Shown here: positions 37,895 through 52,690 of the stretch, piece after piece
Numbering within the stretch: position 1 is the stretch's first letter
Layout: every line of letters starts with the position of its first letter
NCBI GenBank assembly: GCA_030264375.1
Contig: JASCQW010000177.1
Span: forward strand, 5,952,202 to 6,016,201
Direction: 5' to 3'
Source: Carcharhinus longimanus
Lineage: Eukaryota
Length of the DNA stretch: 64,000 bases
The notes under the pieces: model-generated
What the model was told of the DNA's origin: nothing
Seen by the model: only the letters and a program-made list of their open reading frames with translations
The model's database searches: none
Program-made: the position numbers and the translations under genes

Positions 37895-40226
37895 CTAAAT
37901 GAAAACAAAATGACAATGTGTATTAAATATAACTGATGGATGTCCAACTCCAACAAGAGAAGTACACAACCACAGGCTAACTATTAACATCCAGAATATA
38001 CCACTTATTTGTACAAAACACGTCAATATTTAGGAAGAAAATCACTGATGCCATCCTTTTAATTAGTCATTACGACACTTCAACATACATTTAAGTCTCA
38101 AATTATGAGAAGTGTAGCAGTAAAGAGAGAATTGCTGATATGCAAAGGCTTAAAATCACTCATGACTACACTGTGCACATTTAAATGACATAAGCAGCCA
38201 ACATACGGGTTGCAAGTTTTAAACCTCCTGGCATTTTTGAATTAGTGAAAGAAATGCAGTCTATAATCCACTCAAATCAATGCTCCTTTGAACATATTTC
38301 TTAACACCTTATTGCCAGGTCTAGTTTGATGGACCTCCTCCTCTGAAGCGTTAGAAGAGGAGAACGAAGGAAGCAAGCGAGCAACATTTCAGAAGCTTAA
38401 AACAGAACATGTCTGAACAATTTTTCTGATTTTAGTACAAGATCTTGCAACTTTTAAATCCATTAATTCAAATTAAGAGGGCCATATTTAGTACAAAACT
38501 CATGTGTGAAGTACAGCAGTCTACCAGCGGATCACAAGTCAAAAGGGAGTATAAAAATGTTACCAGTGGGTTTCAAAGTCAAAGTATGATGTGCAGCTGA
38601 TAGTTTTGCCAGGTTTTGTTTTTGGTCAAGGATTCTACTACGAGCATTTAATTAAATCTCGTGCCAGTGACGAACATTGATTGTCAAGTAACATTCAACT
38701 AATACCCGGACTCAAAATATTGCAAGTAGATTGAAATTCATAACATCAGCATGTCTCTTCCACATGCGAGCGACTGAGTTTGCCTGTTCAGGGGAATATA
38801 AAATTTAGTGGCAGCATTTAAAAATGACATAGCACTGCCATGGCACCATAAACAACATTTAACCCTCATTGAGCCTCCATGTACATTAACTAGCAATTTA
38901 CCTTGTGCCATTTGTGATACTTTTGTGTGCAAAACTCAACTGTTGCTTCACTAGAAAAAAATGACAGCACTTGAAATAATTAACTGGCAACAATGCTTTG
39001 TAATGGTCTTAAGATGTGAAAGTGCAATACACATGTAACGTATTGTCTTTAAATATTATGTACCACAGTACTCTTGATTCCTTCTGACTTCTTGGGAGAA
39101 CATTGGCATGACTAACATTATGCAAATATGCTTTTGGCATTGTGCCAAATTCTGCTAAAAGAAAGCATATGGAAGCTTCCAGAACAAAAGGGCATGTGGG
39201 AAAACGCACGGATATGGTCCTGTTCCACTCTAGGAGTTTTCTTACGTGAATGCCAACTTTTAAAATATATAAATTAAAGCCACTGACATACAACCAATGC
39301 TTTGGTACTTTAACTTCAACTTGAAAGACCTCAGCATTGGTCATGTGAAGATTGTTCCGTAATGTCTGAGGAAAGCAGTAAATCCTCTTAACAATCACTG
39401 TCAATATAAACATGACCACAATACTAAATGATGCTTGGAGATATTACAGCTCTGTACCATGTTCAGCAATCCTGTCTGCTGATAGATCAGCACTGGCAGA
39501 TCGGATATGGCAGTAATCTGATCCCACAGTACTGTTATTAGGGTCTTGCATGAGTGTGATTCAGTCTAGTCCTCTGATGGGGCCTACTTAAGGGGGTAGG
39601 TTTTCAAATTCTCCATGATCTAACCAACAAATTATTTCAAGACCTTCATCCACAGTTTCTGACGTGCAGAAAACTAAAGCACAGGTTTTTAAAAAAAAGT
39701 CTCAGATTTCCATACACTGCAAAACTGCACAAGTTAGAGAAAGCTATTTATGGACATGCCATTCATAAATGGAGTTGCCTGCCAATTTTGTATCAAATAA
39801 ATGGTATGCTCATTGGTAGGATGCTGAATTTACAATTGTCTGTTTAATCTTAAAGGTGAGAATGAATGGATGGTCTTAGCAGCAAAAGGCCAAGAGATTT
39901 TTGGTTCGAAATATTGAATTTCTGATCAATTCATACTGGAAAAAAAATCAACTAAATAATAGTATTCCAGCATTAGATTACTTTCATGATTTATAAATTG
40001 CATTGTTGGGATTTAAAAGAATGGCAGAGATTGTACTACTTGTGATCAGCCATGCTGCTTACCAAATTACAAACCTACATGCAGTGAGATTTCTCAGCCA
40101 GGTCTCTGACTTGCTCAAGAACTCATCAGGTTTAATGACCTCCAAAATAAGCCACAGAGAAATCCACAACTGGATTCTTCTTAGTTGTCTGGAATGCCAC
40201 TGTACGTGTACACAACCCAAATTGCA

Positions 40227-40545
40227 GGGCAGCATATGGCACAGGGGCTAGCACTGCTACCTCACAGTGCCAGGACCTAGTCTCAATTCCCGGCTTGGGT
40301 CACTGTCTGTACAAGGTTTTCACATTCTCCCCGTGTCTGCGTGGGTTTTCTCCGCATGCTCCGGTTTCCTCCCACAATCCAAATATGTGCAAGTTAGGTT
40401 GATTGGCCATGTTAATTTGCCCTTAGTATCGGGGGACTAACAGGGTGAACGTGTGGAGAAATGGGGATAGGACCCAGGTGGAATTGTTGTCGGTGCAGTC
40501 TTAATGGGCCGAAAGAATCCCTGCAGTGCAGGAGACCAATGATTC
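40227..40545 (+). mobile_element. HE1/V-SINE-like SINE
   Basis: gggcagcatatggcacag...tagcactgct...ggcttgggtcactgtctgt...ggtttcctccc. Confidence 0.9.
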
Positions 40546-41054
40546 AAATTGAATGAACCAACAACTTACATTTATATTGCACCTTTTAATAGAGCATCCC
40601 AGCCAAGGTGTTTTGTAAGAGCACTAGACAAAATGCAACCCCTAGCAACAGAACAGGGTTCCAGCAGGAAGCCAAAAGCTTGGATGGAGTGCTAGGTTTT
40701 GAGTATTTTACATGAGAGTTGCAAGGTATCCTTATTCAGATCCATGTTTAACTAAATATTGGACACAATCAAATATTGTCCACAAGTTACATTTCTATAA
40801 TGACATGTTTACCTGCAGCCATCTTAAATCGGTTTTGTGGCCATTTCCACAAGTATGATCTTATGGTCTGGAACATCTAATATCGTCATGCTTGCAGTGA
40901 GCCAACAGCCCGATGTCTTCTAACCACAGTTTAGAAACATAACATTCCTTAAATATTGCATGTACGTGTTCACATGCATAAGGAAAGGGACTTATTTTTT
41001 TGGAGAACTGGTTACAAATTCAGTGTCTATTTTGTGTTAGCCCTGTCTCAAAAG

Positions 41055-41458
41055 TTAGTAGTGCACTCTCACCTCGAGTTAGAAGACTGTGGGTTCAAGT
41101 GTCACTTCAGAAACATAAGCACAAAAATCTAATGCTCTTGAATGTACTGAAAAGAGATGCCAACTTATGAATGAGACATTAGGCAAGACCACACCTGCTC
41201 TCAGGTGAATGTAAAAGATACTGTGGGCACTATTATTTTGAGGAAGAGCTGGGGAGTTGTCACTGATGTCCTGGTCAACGTGTATCCCTTAATCAACACG
41301 AAACAGATCATATTGCCGTCTGTGGGAGCTTGTTTGCACATCCTATTTGCCACATTTCCTCAAGCAGCTAAGGCACAAATCATACTAAATTGGCTGTAAA
41401 GTGCTTTGGGGGCATCCTTAGGTTGTGAAAGATGTCATTCAAAATGCAAATTTTCCTT
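41055..41458 (+). mobile_element. DeuSINE/SacSINE1-like SINE
   Basis: tRNA head (cactctcacc...gtgggttcaagt), Deu-core-like gaagagctggggagtt...gtcctggtcaac and L2-type tail ttggctgtaaagtgctttggg...gtgaaaga. Confidence 0.75.
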
Positions 41459-42079
41459 TCAAATCTCTCCAGTATGGAATAAAAGAGAAAAATAAATTTG
41501 TTACTTCCTGATGAATGTCTGTGGCAACAAGGTTAGATAATCAGTCATACACAAATGAAAATTAGGAATTCCATGAAGTTGGAGCATGCAACAGAATATT
41601 CTCCACCAGGAAGCATGATGTGTGGAACCAATGCTTGCATTAACATGCCGTTTACGGCAAAACAAAAATGGAGTAGAAGATAGCGGAATTCAAATTTAAA
41701 ACAAGGCATTAAATAGCCAGCAAAAGATTACAACAATAAATGGCAAGGCCAATGTTAAATAGTTTCTTCTAGATGCTCATTAACCTATTGTGCTGTTCTA
41801 TGCCCTTAAGGTAATTATATTTATATTGAAAGTATTCACAACTGTTACCAATATGCTAATGGTATTGGCACTTTGGAATTTCAATTCATATCACAAATCT
41901 GGTTTCTGGGCACCAGTTTGTAGTCTGCTACTAGAACGTGGGGTAAAATATTTCTTAGCAGCAAAACGCACTTAATTTGGACATATTAACAGCTTTGACA
42001 AAAACTTGACCGTTTGTTCCACATTTTTATGAGTCAAGGGCAAATTTGTGTTCCTGGTAGCTGAACAATGGGCTACCTT

Positions 42080-44010
42080 CATAAAAGGGATGGTTCAGGC
42101 ACAGTAAAGGTGTGTTCATTCAAAATGAAAGGTAGGACAAACAAAGCCAGAGCTCCCTGGACAACAATTAAGATAGAAAACTAAGATAAAAAGAGAAGGT
42201 GTGCTTGTGATAAGTGTTGGCTAGAGAACACAATCAAAGACCATGCTAAATACTGAAGGTTCAGAGAAGTGAAAAAGCAAGCAGCTTATATAAAAGGTAA
42301 TCCTATTCTTCTTTAGGGACAAATAGCAAAAAGGTGGCAAAAAACGAACTGGAGGGCTGACTAGGGACAAAAAGGGAATTTACACATCTGAATTATTACA
42401 TGAATACTTTGCACGTGTCTTTACCAAAGAAGATACAACCTAGTCCATGGAGAAAGAGGACATTCAATCACTAGGGTGATTTAAAATTGGCATGGAGGTG
42501 GTCTGTCTGTAGAGCTGACAAGACACTGTGACCAGATGAGGTGCATCCAAGGATATGGATGGAAATCGAGTGGAAATTGCAGAGGCATTGGTGATAATTT
42601 TTTAGTCTTCCTTAGACTCAAGGGTGGTGCCGGAGGTGCTGGAAATTGCAATCATTGTGGCCTTTGTTCAATCAGCCCCGCAACTGCAATCCATTCAGTT
42701 TAACTTCAGTGATAGGAAAACTTAGACAAACTATAATCTGCGATCAAATTGATAGTGACATGGACAAAGGCATGTTAATTGTGGAGTGCCAGCATGGATT
42801 TAAGGAAAAATCATGTTTAACTAAGTTTCATGAAGTCACAGAGGAGGTTTAAAAGGGCAATGTTGTTGACGTGGTGTACATGGACTTCCAAAAGGCACTT
42901 GATAATGCTGTACAGGAGATGTGCTTATGGAATAAGAGGGCCGGTGGCAACATGGATAGAAAATTGAGTGAATAACATGAAACCAAGAGTAATAGTTAAG
43001 GACTGGAGGAAAGTTTGTAGTGGAGTTCCCCAGCAGTCAGTATTGGGACCCTTGCTTCTCCTGACATACATTAATGATCTAGACCTTGATGTGCCAGGAA
43101 GAAGTTTAAAATTTGTAGATGTGACAAAACTTAGAAGCCTTTTAAATTGTGGGGAGGATAGTGCAGAACTTCAAAAGGACAGGCAAGCTGGTGCAAAGAA
43201 TGGATAGGTGGCAGGTCAAGTTCAATGCAAAGAAATCAGAGGAACATTCAGACAGTTTAAAATAAAAAAAGGTACTACTCTAAAGGGGTTGCAGAAGCAT
43301 AGGGGCCTGGGTGAATACGTACACAAATCATTAAAGGCTCTCAAACAGATTGGGAAATCAGTTGATAAAGCACACCGTACCATAGGCTTGTTAATAGAGG
43401 CATAGAGTGCAAGAGTAAGGAGGTTGCATTGAAGCTGTATAAGATACTAATTAGATGTCAGCTGGAGTGTTGCATACAGTTCTAGGTACCACATTTTAGG
43501 AAGAGCGTGAAGGCATTGGACAGCATTGAAAAATGGTTTATGAGAATTATTCCAGGATGAAAATTTTTAGTTATGAAGATAGATTGGAGAATTTGGGCTC
43601 TTTGCCTTGGGGGAAATGCAGCTGAAAGGAGATTTGATACAAGTATTCAAAATCACAAGGGGGTTGGAGAGAGCAGATGGGGGAAGGATCTCATGAAAGG
43701 ACGAAGAATGAGAAAGAAAAGATTTAAAGCAACTGATAAAAATAGCAAAAGTGATGTAAAAAGCATTTTTCACAGAGTGGCTAGGGTCTGGAATGCACAG
43801 CTGAAGTGCTGTTTAACCCAGGGAAATGAGAAAATGTGGTGGAAGCAGGTTTAACCAAGGCATTCCAAAGGAAGTGACTATTTGAAAAGAAATAATCTGC
43901 AGGGTTCTGGGGAGAAGGAAGGAGAATGGCATTAGGTGAAAGGGTCATATGAAGAGCTGATGCAAAAATGATAGACTGAATGGCTTCATTCTGCACAGTG
44001 ATAACCCTTC
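42080..44010 (+). mobile_element. Decayed CR1 LINE ORF2 (RT to 3' end)
   Basis: SLTSVIGKL, CQHGF.KSCLT, DVVYMDFQKA.D, SGVPQQSVLGPLLLLTYINDLD, KFVDVTKL and RVARVWNA, with stops and frameshifts. Confidence 0.92.
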
Positions 44011-44231
44011 AATTATACAAGAAATGCATTTTCACCACCACTCAATAGAATTACCATGCTGAACAGCTACTTTCAAATAATCTTTACAGTTGTTTTTGAC
44101 AGCAGTAACCAGGAGCTAGTAGTCATCATCCCAGTCTTTTTTTTCTGGTCTTAAGAGCATGTTTTAAGCGTTATTAACTACATACGCCAGGTTCACACAA
44201 TTTTTTGAATGCCCTAAATTAAATCTACACT

Positions 44232-44535
44232 TAGAATCCGTACAGTGCAGAAGGCTGCCATTTGGCCTATCAAGTCTGCACCGACTGTCCGAGACCTTAA
44301 CCCCATAATCTCACATTATACCCCACTAATTCCCCTAACCTATACATCTTGGGACACCAAGTGACAATTTAGCATAGCCAATCCATCTAATCAGCACAAC
44401 TTTGGACTGAGGAAATCATAGCAGCCAGAGAAAATTCAGAGAGACAGACAGACAAGAGAATATGCAGTCACTCAAGCCCAGAATTAAATCTGGTCTCTGA
44501 CTTTGAGGCAATAGTACTAACCACTGTGCTACCCT
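44232..44535 (-). mobile_element. HE1/V-SINE-like SINE, degraded
   Basis: tagaatccgtacagtgcagaagg tail through gcaatagtactaaccactgtgc head, in reverse orientation. Confidence 0.8.
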
Positions 44536-45177
44536 AAAAACAAACACCAGTATGATCATCAAGTCCCTATGCTTCAGAAAGATCATGCCGCAGCAGCATA
44601 ATCAAGTGACGGGCTTTACATTCAAACTGATTCAAAGAATTTTACAATGCTACCCCATCAGTAATACTTAGTAAAATTATCACAGAGTTAATCATAGCTA
44701 GCATCAAAAATATAGTGGAATTATGTGCACAGTCTCAGATTTGCATTTCATCTGCATAGCATTAAATGGACTCCAGGTGCCTTAGAGGAAAACACAAGTT
44801 CACTCAGCAACCATTTCAGAACTGCACTGGAAAAGAATTTGAAGCAACTGGTGTGTAACCCAAGGAAATGAGAAAATGAGTAAGGAGAAAAAATAGAAAC
44901 AAGTACAGATGGTTCAATAGTTACCAGCATCTTGAGACACAGAAACATATTAAACTTATTCATTCATAACTCTCAATGTGTCCAAACTTCAATGTTATCT
45001 ACAAATTTAGCACTGTTGCAGTAATATCAGAGAACTCACAATGATGCTACATGTCCAAAATGGAAGTCAGTTAACACTCCCAAATCAGGGAACAAATACA
45101 CCAGCAAAGCAACAGCTCTTTGCAAGCTTGAATATCTCAGCCTCTACTCCAAAGATGATAAAGGACAAAACATGTAC

Positions 45178-45316
45178 CTGCTTCTTTCCTGCCTCTACCC
45201 CGTGATCCTTTGGTAGGCTGTATGGGTATTTCAATCTCTTCTTGTGGCATCTCCGAAATTTTCTGAAGAAAAATCTTTTCCAAAGCTTCTGCCATTAAGA
45301 CTATGTCATCCCCTTG
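45178..45316 (-). CDS. brd4: BRD4 exon 4: end of BD1 ([46 protein letters not shown])
   Basis: Not in the ORF track; translated by hand. tttacag|CAA ... GCAG|gtacat; 139 nt, phase 0-1. Confidence 0.96.
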
Positions 45317-46334
45317 CTGTAAATTAAAGAAAATACATATTATCCAGTAACTATGATTTAACTACAACAATAAAGCGAAAACAGTGAGAGTATTAGTTCT
45401 GAGTTTTGCAGTTGAAAACAAAACAATGAATGGAAACTGACTGAAGTACAATTTAGATCCTTTAACTTTGTTATATGGAAATGAAGCCAACTAAGGACTT
45501 TGAACACAAGCTCTTAATGAAACACGGCCTTGATTTGGCAATGTGCCCAAAAGTTTAACAGAGGTTAGTCCCCATAGTTGGAAATGTGAGCTTTGAAAAA
45601 GAAGCGATGGTGGTGTTGGTAAATCCATGGCCTGGAGTGGTGGCATTGAGCCAAAGAAATTGGGACGAGCCAGAATTGAATCAATGCTCTATGCTAAGTT
45701 TACTAACCTCACTAAGGGTAGCAGCAAGGATGCTATTAATGGCCTTATAAAGGATAAAGGAAAAATATCAGAGAGACAAAACAGCTAATTTATCTCAATC
45801 TAGCAACCTACATTTGAAGTTAATTGTATGGACATCTTGTGGACATCCTCTGGTAAAATAACCTGTTAATACTCTACAACTAGACCCCAAAGAATGGTCT
45901 GGATGTTACTCCACACTCTTGAAACTGTATCAAGAAGAAATTGCTCTTTCAATTCAAGAAAGACAATTGTGAACAATTCAGCTCAACTCTCAAAATGCCT
46001 CCGCCCCTAACATACCAGCAGGATCATTTCTCTTCATTTATTTAAACAAAACAGATGTTTCAGTATGGGAACCAAAAAACATTTTATAGCTAAGAAAGGA
46101 AAAGCAAATGGTTGCAGCATGCATGTACATACTTAAATTGCAAATTAGTATTTACATGAGGTTAAGCACAGTAAAACTAATATTCTTCTGTTAGAGTTGA
46201 AGAGACATATTACACAATGTGCTTCTTTCTCATGCCATTTCAAATACTTCGAATGAAACATAGTTACAGGCCATTCATCAAGTTCTTCTGGCTGTAGTTC
46301 TTTCTTTGCTTCATTTCATTAAAAGACAAAAAAT

Positions 46335-47100
46335 TCTCAAATCACAGCAAAAGATGCTGCCATTCAGCCTATTGTGCCCAATGACCCCAGTCCATATGCC
46401 ACTTCGCCACTGAATTGCACCTCTCCTTTGCAGTTATATATCCAACTTCTTTTTGGAAATTGGTAGTGACTCTGCTTCCTCCACCTTTTCAGGCAATGCA
46501 TACTAGATTGTAAAATAGTTCTAACATCCCGCCACCCTCTCCCATGGCCTTTTGCTAGTTATCTTAATCGCACCCTCTGATTACCAACTCTTCCACAAGA
46601 GGAAAAACGCGCTCACCATCTACTCTTTCAAAACCCCTTTTAATCTTGAAGGCAACTAGCCTGCTCCAAGGTCTTGTTATCTTTTCAAGGTAACCAGAAA
46701 TGGATGAAATGTTTAGCAGGAGATACTTGCTTGCTTTGGTATTCAATGCCTCCATTTATAAGGTCAAAAGGTTCCATATATTTCAAGTCCTACCACCAAT
46801 ACAGCTGTTATTCTTTACACCAGGATCCGTGGTTGTAGCCCCTTATAATAGTTTCAATTTATATTGCCTCTTCTTTTGTGCCTTCCAAAATGTTATCACT
46901 TTATACATCTTATTTTGTACATCATGTTAGACCACTTCAACTGTCTTCAACAAATTATTTTTGATGTGTTTCATTGTTTTACATTTTGAAGTTACATGAC
47001 ATCTCAAACTTTTAAATTAAGCCCCCTAAACCCAAGTCCAAGTCACTTCTGCATGCCTGAAACACCAACCATCCTAATGAATGTAGTCCTTTTGGGAGAA
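46335..47100 (-). mobile_element. Decayed CR1 3' region
   Basis: Minus ORF AFKIKRGFERVDGERVFPLV and tail gccattcagcctattgtg. Confidence 0.7.
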
Positions 47101-49127
47101 ATCAGTTTCTCCCCGGACATCAGACCTTTTAAGGTTTACTGCTCCATGACAGAGAACCTGTACTGTACAATTCGAGGAATAGTTAGGTGCTCAAAAACAG
47201 CATTCAAGCACACTTCCCTTTATGATGACTAGTGGAAGATTACCATGTAATGTGTATAAACTGTTATACATACTTCTGACTTGTACTGTATTAAGAATCA
47301 GAGACATAGGAACCTCCACGTTTTGCTAGTTGTCAAGTTAATTTTGGCCAAAATAATTTAATAACAGAATGAGATTTAGTCAACTAATAATGATTGAACT
47401 ATTATTCTCTGCTTTCTACAATAAAACACCTTTTTTGCACTAACTTTATCTTGCCTCAGTTCAAATGACTGGATAATTCAAATAATGCCCAAGTGTCAGG
47501 CCGTTGCAATATATGTAGCTTGCTTGATATGCAAGAACATTTAACATCTTAAATAAAACCACGCTCACATTACAAGTGAGCTTGAAAGCCATTTCAAGGA
47601 GAATGTATGTGGAGTTGCACTGATCATAATCTTCCCTTGGAGTTCACTGCCAACTCCAGAAACAAGTCAGAGACAGACAGCAGAGACCTAGAAGGCACAC
47701 TACTTTTAACAAAACTCTCCAAAGCAATATTACGTATACCATTAGACAGTCACAAGAAAACTTCGACTATTTAAAATCTCACTCATCCTGCAGCGCTTAA
47801 ACAAACTGCAAATGATTTTTTGCTGCAAATGCATTATTGGTTGCTTTTCCAGATAATTCTATTCTATCCCCTCAAGAAAATAATCAACACAAGGTCACTT
47901 CCATGGCTCTTCAGGAGAATGGAACTGAAAAGCATCAAACAAAGCTGTTTGCATTTACAGACTCATCTCTGAACTACACACAAGAGGTTTCTCTTCAAAC
48001 AGCAGGTCTCATTAATGAGTCATAATTATTATCCAACCAGCAGCATGGTCAACCTTAGCAGCTGAATCTGTATTTATCTTTCTCATTCAGCTTCAATTCT
48101 TAGTGATCCGAGCACAAGCTCTCATGATACCCTCCACAGACAGCCATTCATGTCTGAAATTACAGTTAATCCAATTCTATTCAATGTATCCAACTTCAGG
48201 CATTTGTGTCTTCAAACCTTACTCCAACTACATATTGCTAAACTTCTGCTCGTAGTTAGGATCTGTAAAGTTTTTGCTAACGTCAACTTGTTTTGAAGTG
48301 AACCAGCAGAAACAAAGCTCTGCATCTTTTTTTAAAAGAAACATAATTGTCACAACTTTTTGCACAAGATAAAAGGCACATTTGACCCCAATGCAACATG
48401 TGAAACATCACAGTTTCATTGTGTCCCCACCGAAAACTTGATGTCAAAGCCGTATGGATTTCCAGGACACTTCAAGAAATAGCTTCTTCTACAAGCACAG
48501 TTTCAGTCTTCAGCTAATGGCACAGATTCCATGATAGAATTCAAAACATTTGTTCCTCAGGAGATATAAAGCAGTGGTCTACAAATTGGCACCTCAATGA
48601 AATTATTTGCTGCTACCTGAAGGAATCTCATTGAAAGCCTAAATTTTCTGTTGTGAAAGCCAAGAAACAAAATTCATCCAAGTGATCACCAGCTCTCCAG
48701 TTCCTATGTTGGTCACTTTGGCTCAATTGGCCAAAGATCTGAATGGAACTGTCAGAAGACAGCCATTTTAAATATGAAGGGCAACATTTTCTTTTCACAT
48801 TTCAATTGCTATTCTATTTATTGCATGCACTATGTTCCAAAATTCTAGATTTGTCAGTTAACATACATATGGATTATTTTTGAATTTTAAAAAGCACAAA
48901 ATGACAATTTTAATCATGATCCAGTCTAGCTAACTGTTTAATACTACAAAATAATTGGGAATATAACTGTCCAAATTNNNNNNNNNNNNNNNNNNNNNNN
49001 NNNNNNNNNNNNCCAAATTCTTCTTTCCCTGTTATTTTGCCTTGCTACACTAAAGCACAGAACAGATCCTGTACAAGTGTCATAATTTAGATAGTCATAC
49101 GGCCTTCACAAACAATATTGGAGCACT

Positions 49128-49290
49128 AAAAATGCTGGAAATACTCAGCAAGTCAGGCACATCTGGGGGGAGAGAATGAATGCCATACATAAATCATTGG
49201 CACTGTTTATTTCTTCACAAGTAAAGCCTGACCGCCAAATAACATTTCCTGGCTGATTTGATTTCCCCACTCATATCAGCAGTATTTAGT
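49128..49290. mobile_element. Penelope-derived end in a head-to-head (inverted) arrangement
   Basis: aaaatgctggaaatactcagcaagtcaggc ... gcctgacc...atttcctggc; the same end as at 17187. Confidence 0.5.
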
Positions 49291-49292
49291 TT

Positions 49293-49575
49293 TTAAGTTT
49301 TATTTGTCACAAATAGGCTGACATTAATGAAGTTACTGTGAAAATCCCCTAGTCACCACACTCTGGTGCCTGTTCAGGTACACAGAGAGAATTTAGCACA
49401 CCAATGCACCTAACCAGCACATCTTTTGTATTGTGGGAGGAAACCGGACCGCCCAGAGGAAAGCCACACAGACACGGGGAGAACGTGCAGACTCCGCAGA
49501 CAGTGATCCAAGCCGGAAATCAAACATGGGTCCGTGGCGCTGAGAGGCAGCAGTGTTAAGCACTGAGCTGCCCCA
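49293..49575 (-). mobile_element. tRNA-derived V-core SINE, second tail type
   Basis: Reverse complement homologous to 23371-23656. Confidence 0.88.
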
Positions 49576-49800
49576 ACTTTGGCACAATGCTGGACTGAAT
49601 ACAAAGTGCACTCATCCTGAAGCAGAAATTGTTGTCAATCTGATAATTCCACTCAATCTTAGAGGCGTTTCCCATCTAAGTTTACACACGAAGATGAACG
49701 GCTTGGGAGAAGTGCTCAATCATACTGAGCTATCATACTTCAAACTAAACTAAATTACTTAATTTAAGTTTCTCATCCTTTTACTTACAACATGATTTTA

Positions 49801-50091
<291 letters not shown>

Positions 50092-50461
50092 TCACAGATA
50101 GCCAGTCAGTTTTTCCCAAACTGTTTATCTACACTGGTTGATGCAGTCAATGCAGAAATTAATCCCATAGCTAGTGTGGGCAAACACAGGCAACCGTACG
50201 CAGAATTTCCATACGGCAATTTCAATGTTAAATGCTAACAAAGCCAAATGAATTAATTAGCTACAGTATTAATTGCCATTCAGTACATATGTATTTGTTA
50301 TTGCTTGCATAGAATACAGACCCTACTCGAAGTTTAAATTAAAAAAACAATGCCGTGTTTAGTAACTTTTAAAGAGATAATGTTTCCATATAAATGATGA
50401 AGAACATGCTTGCAAGTCAATACAATATGCAGAATACAGGATTCTACAGATACTGCAACGT

Positions 50462-50740
50462 ACATAAGAACATAAGAAATAGGAGGAGTAGGCCATTCGG
50501 CCCATCGAGCCTGCACCAACCACAGTCCCACTCAGGTCCTATCCCCCTAACCCCATACATTTACCCNNNNNNNNNNNNNNNNNNNNNNNNNNNNNNNNNN
50601 NNNNNNNNNNNNNNNNNNNNNNNNNNNNNNNNNNNNNNNNNNNNNNNNNNNNNNNNNNNNNNNNNNCTACCCCCAACTCCATGCCCCCTAACCTTCTGTA
50701 ACAACCTTTTGTGCAGCACCTTATCAAACGCCTTCTGAAT
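50462..50740 (-). mobile_element. SINE tail and CR1 RT fragment around an N gap
   Basis: acataagaacataagaa tail; minus ORF QKAFDKVLHKRLLQKVRGHGV. Confidence 0.75.
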
Positions 50741-50799
50741 AAACAGAAGCTGTGGCACAAAGTTTGGATACTTAAATTGTGTGCGTGTCTGTGTCTGTG

Positions 50800-51178
50800 G
50801 GTATGTGAGAGAAACAGCATGCAGTAACATCACTGGACTAGTAGTCTACAGGCCCAGCCAAATGCCCTGGGGACGTGGATTAAAATCCCACCACCACAGC
50901 TGGTGGAATTGAAGGTCAAATAAATAAAACATTTAGAGCTGAATAGCTAGCCTCAGTAATGGTGACCATGAAATGACCATCAATTGTGGTGATACCCTTT
51001 GGGAAAGGAAATCTACCATTCTTACCTGTGACACCAGAATCAAAGAAATGTTGTTGATTCTTAACTGTTCTCTGATATGGTCTAGCAAGACATTCAGCTC
51101 AAGGACAATTATGCATGAGCAACAAATGCTGACCTTGCCACTCAGCAGTGTCCCAAATCCATGAAAGAATAAAAAGAT
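50800..51178 (+). mobile_element. Interspersed repeat with a tRNA-like head (SINE-like)
   Basis: cactggactagta...aaatcccacca...gctggtggaatt...aggaaatctacc...cccaaatccatgaaagaataaaaa. Confidence 0.55.
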
Positions 51179-52179
51179 AGTCAGAGTTTCTGAAACTTTT
51201 CAAATTCCTTTCTCCCCAAGTGTTGATTAGTCATATGTTCCAATTTCAGGAAGTTGGCACAATATCAGGAAAAATAGAGAACTGCTTTCCTCATTGAATC
51301 AAACCCGGCAATTTCCCAAGATTCAAAAATGTATTTCTTTATTTGGCCCCATGTCTGTAGAGTTGGGAAGGACTGCAATATTAAAAATATTTACAGGGAA
51401 TAAACAGCTGCATTTGCTCTGCTCACGCTACAGTATGACCAGTTTAAAGTAAGATAAATGGTGAAAAATCCAATTTAGTCAATCCTCACTATGCATACTG
51501 ACATATTTAAATCTTGTATTATCAAAGTTATTCTGGCATGTGAAAAATGTTTACACTTCAGTGGTATTACAAATTCAGGTTAACTTTTCCATACTCAAGC
51601 CTATAGACTAGAAAACTTAGCCTGGAGCTATCAAGGCCACAAGACAGATGCTGAAATCCATTAACAAAACAAGTCTTTAATATATAGGTTGTTGAAACAG
51701 CTATTATGAAAATGTCTTAAGACTTTACACTTAAGATATTCAATCAACGTAGGACAGTAAACAAAGCCAACATCAAACTATATCACAGAACAATTAGAAT
51801 ATTTTCTGAAGGACCATCAAAAATGTTAACTTCCGTTCACTCCACAAGCACTGACTGATCTGCTATGGTTCTAGCATTTTTTTTTGAGTACACACTTTCT
51901 GGCCACAAGACAAGGGAACAAAAATGATATGCAACAGATCAAATCAGAGGCTGTAGAATTACCAGTCTCATATGTTCATATACCAGCCTACAGAAAGGCC
52001 TCAATAACGAAGGTTTGGACTTAAGTGTCAGTTAACACCAATGAAGCATTAAATACTGAGAATAGCGAGAGCAAGTCCAGTTGAAACTTTTGTAAATTAT
52101 AACCACTGACAAGTCTCTCATCGTATGAACATGTCTAGGGGATTACCACTCACCAGATGTTTAACTGCCCACATCTGCA

Positions 52180-52690
52180 CAATGGCTATAACAGCAAGGC
52201 ATTGGGCAGGATAAGTGGCTTGCTTCATGACTATAAGACCTCACCAGCAACTACAAGGCTCAGAAGTGTGAACAAGTAATCACCATTCAGTAGGGCAACT
52301 ACAGCTCCATCATGCTGTACAAAGAAACTTGCTTGAACGCCTGCCACCACGCTCAATATCTCCTCTCTGTTAGTAGTATGTAATGCACCTGTAAGTACAA
52401 TCTGTGATGCACTATCACAATTCACCAAAGTTACTTCATCAGCACCCAGTTCCCTGCAAGCTAATGACGGAGTATGAACATGATCAAAGTCACACACTAT
52501 CCAGACATGGACATAAAGTTATTCTTTCAAAGCAATTAGATCAACATTCCAGAATTTAATACCAAACACCATTGTGGAGGCACCTCAAGGGTTTCAGTGG
52601 TTCAAGGAGGAGATAGCCACTTGCTTGAAACTACTAGCAATGAGCATACAGTCTTGCCAGCCTTACTCACACACTAAGAACAAAAAAACT
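52180..52690 (+). mobile_element. Decayed CR1/L2-group 3' fragment
   Basis: Colinear with the 3' part of 24030-25080 (acagctcca..., gtggttcaagg, ...aagaacaaaaaaa). Confidence 0.6.
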
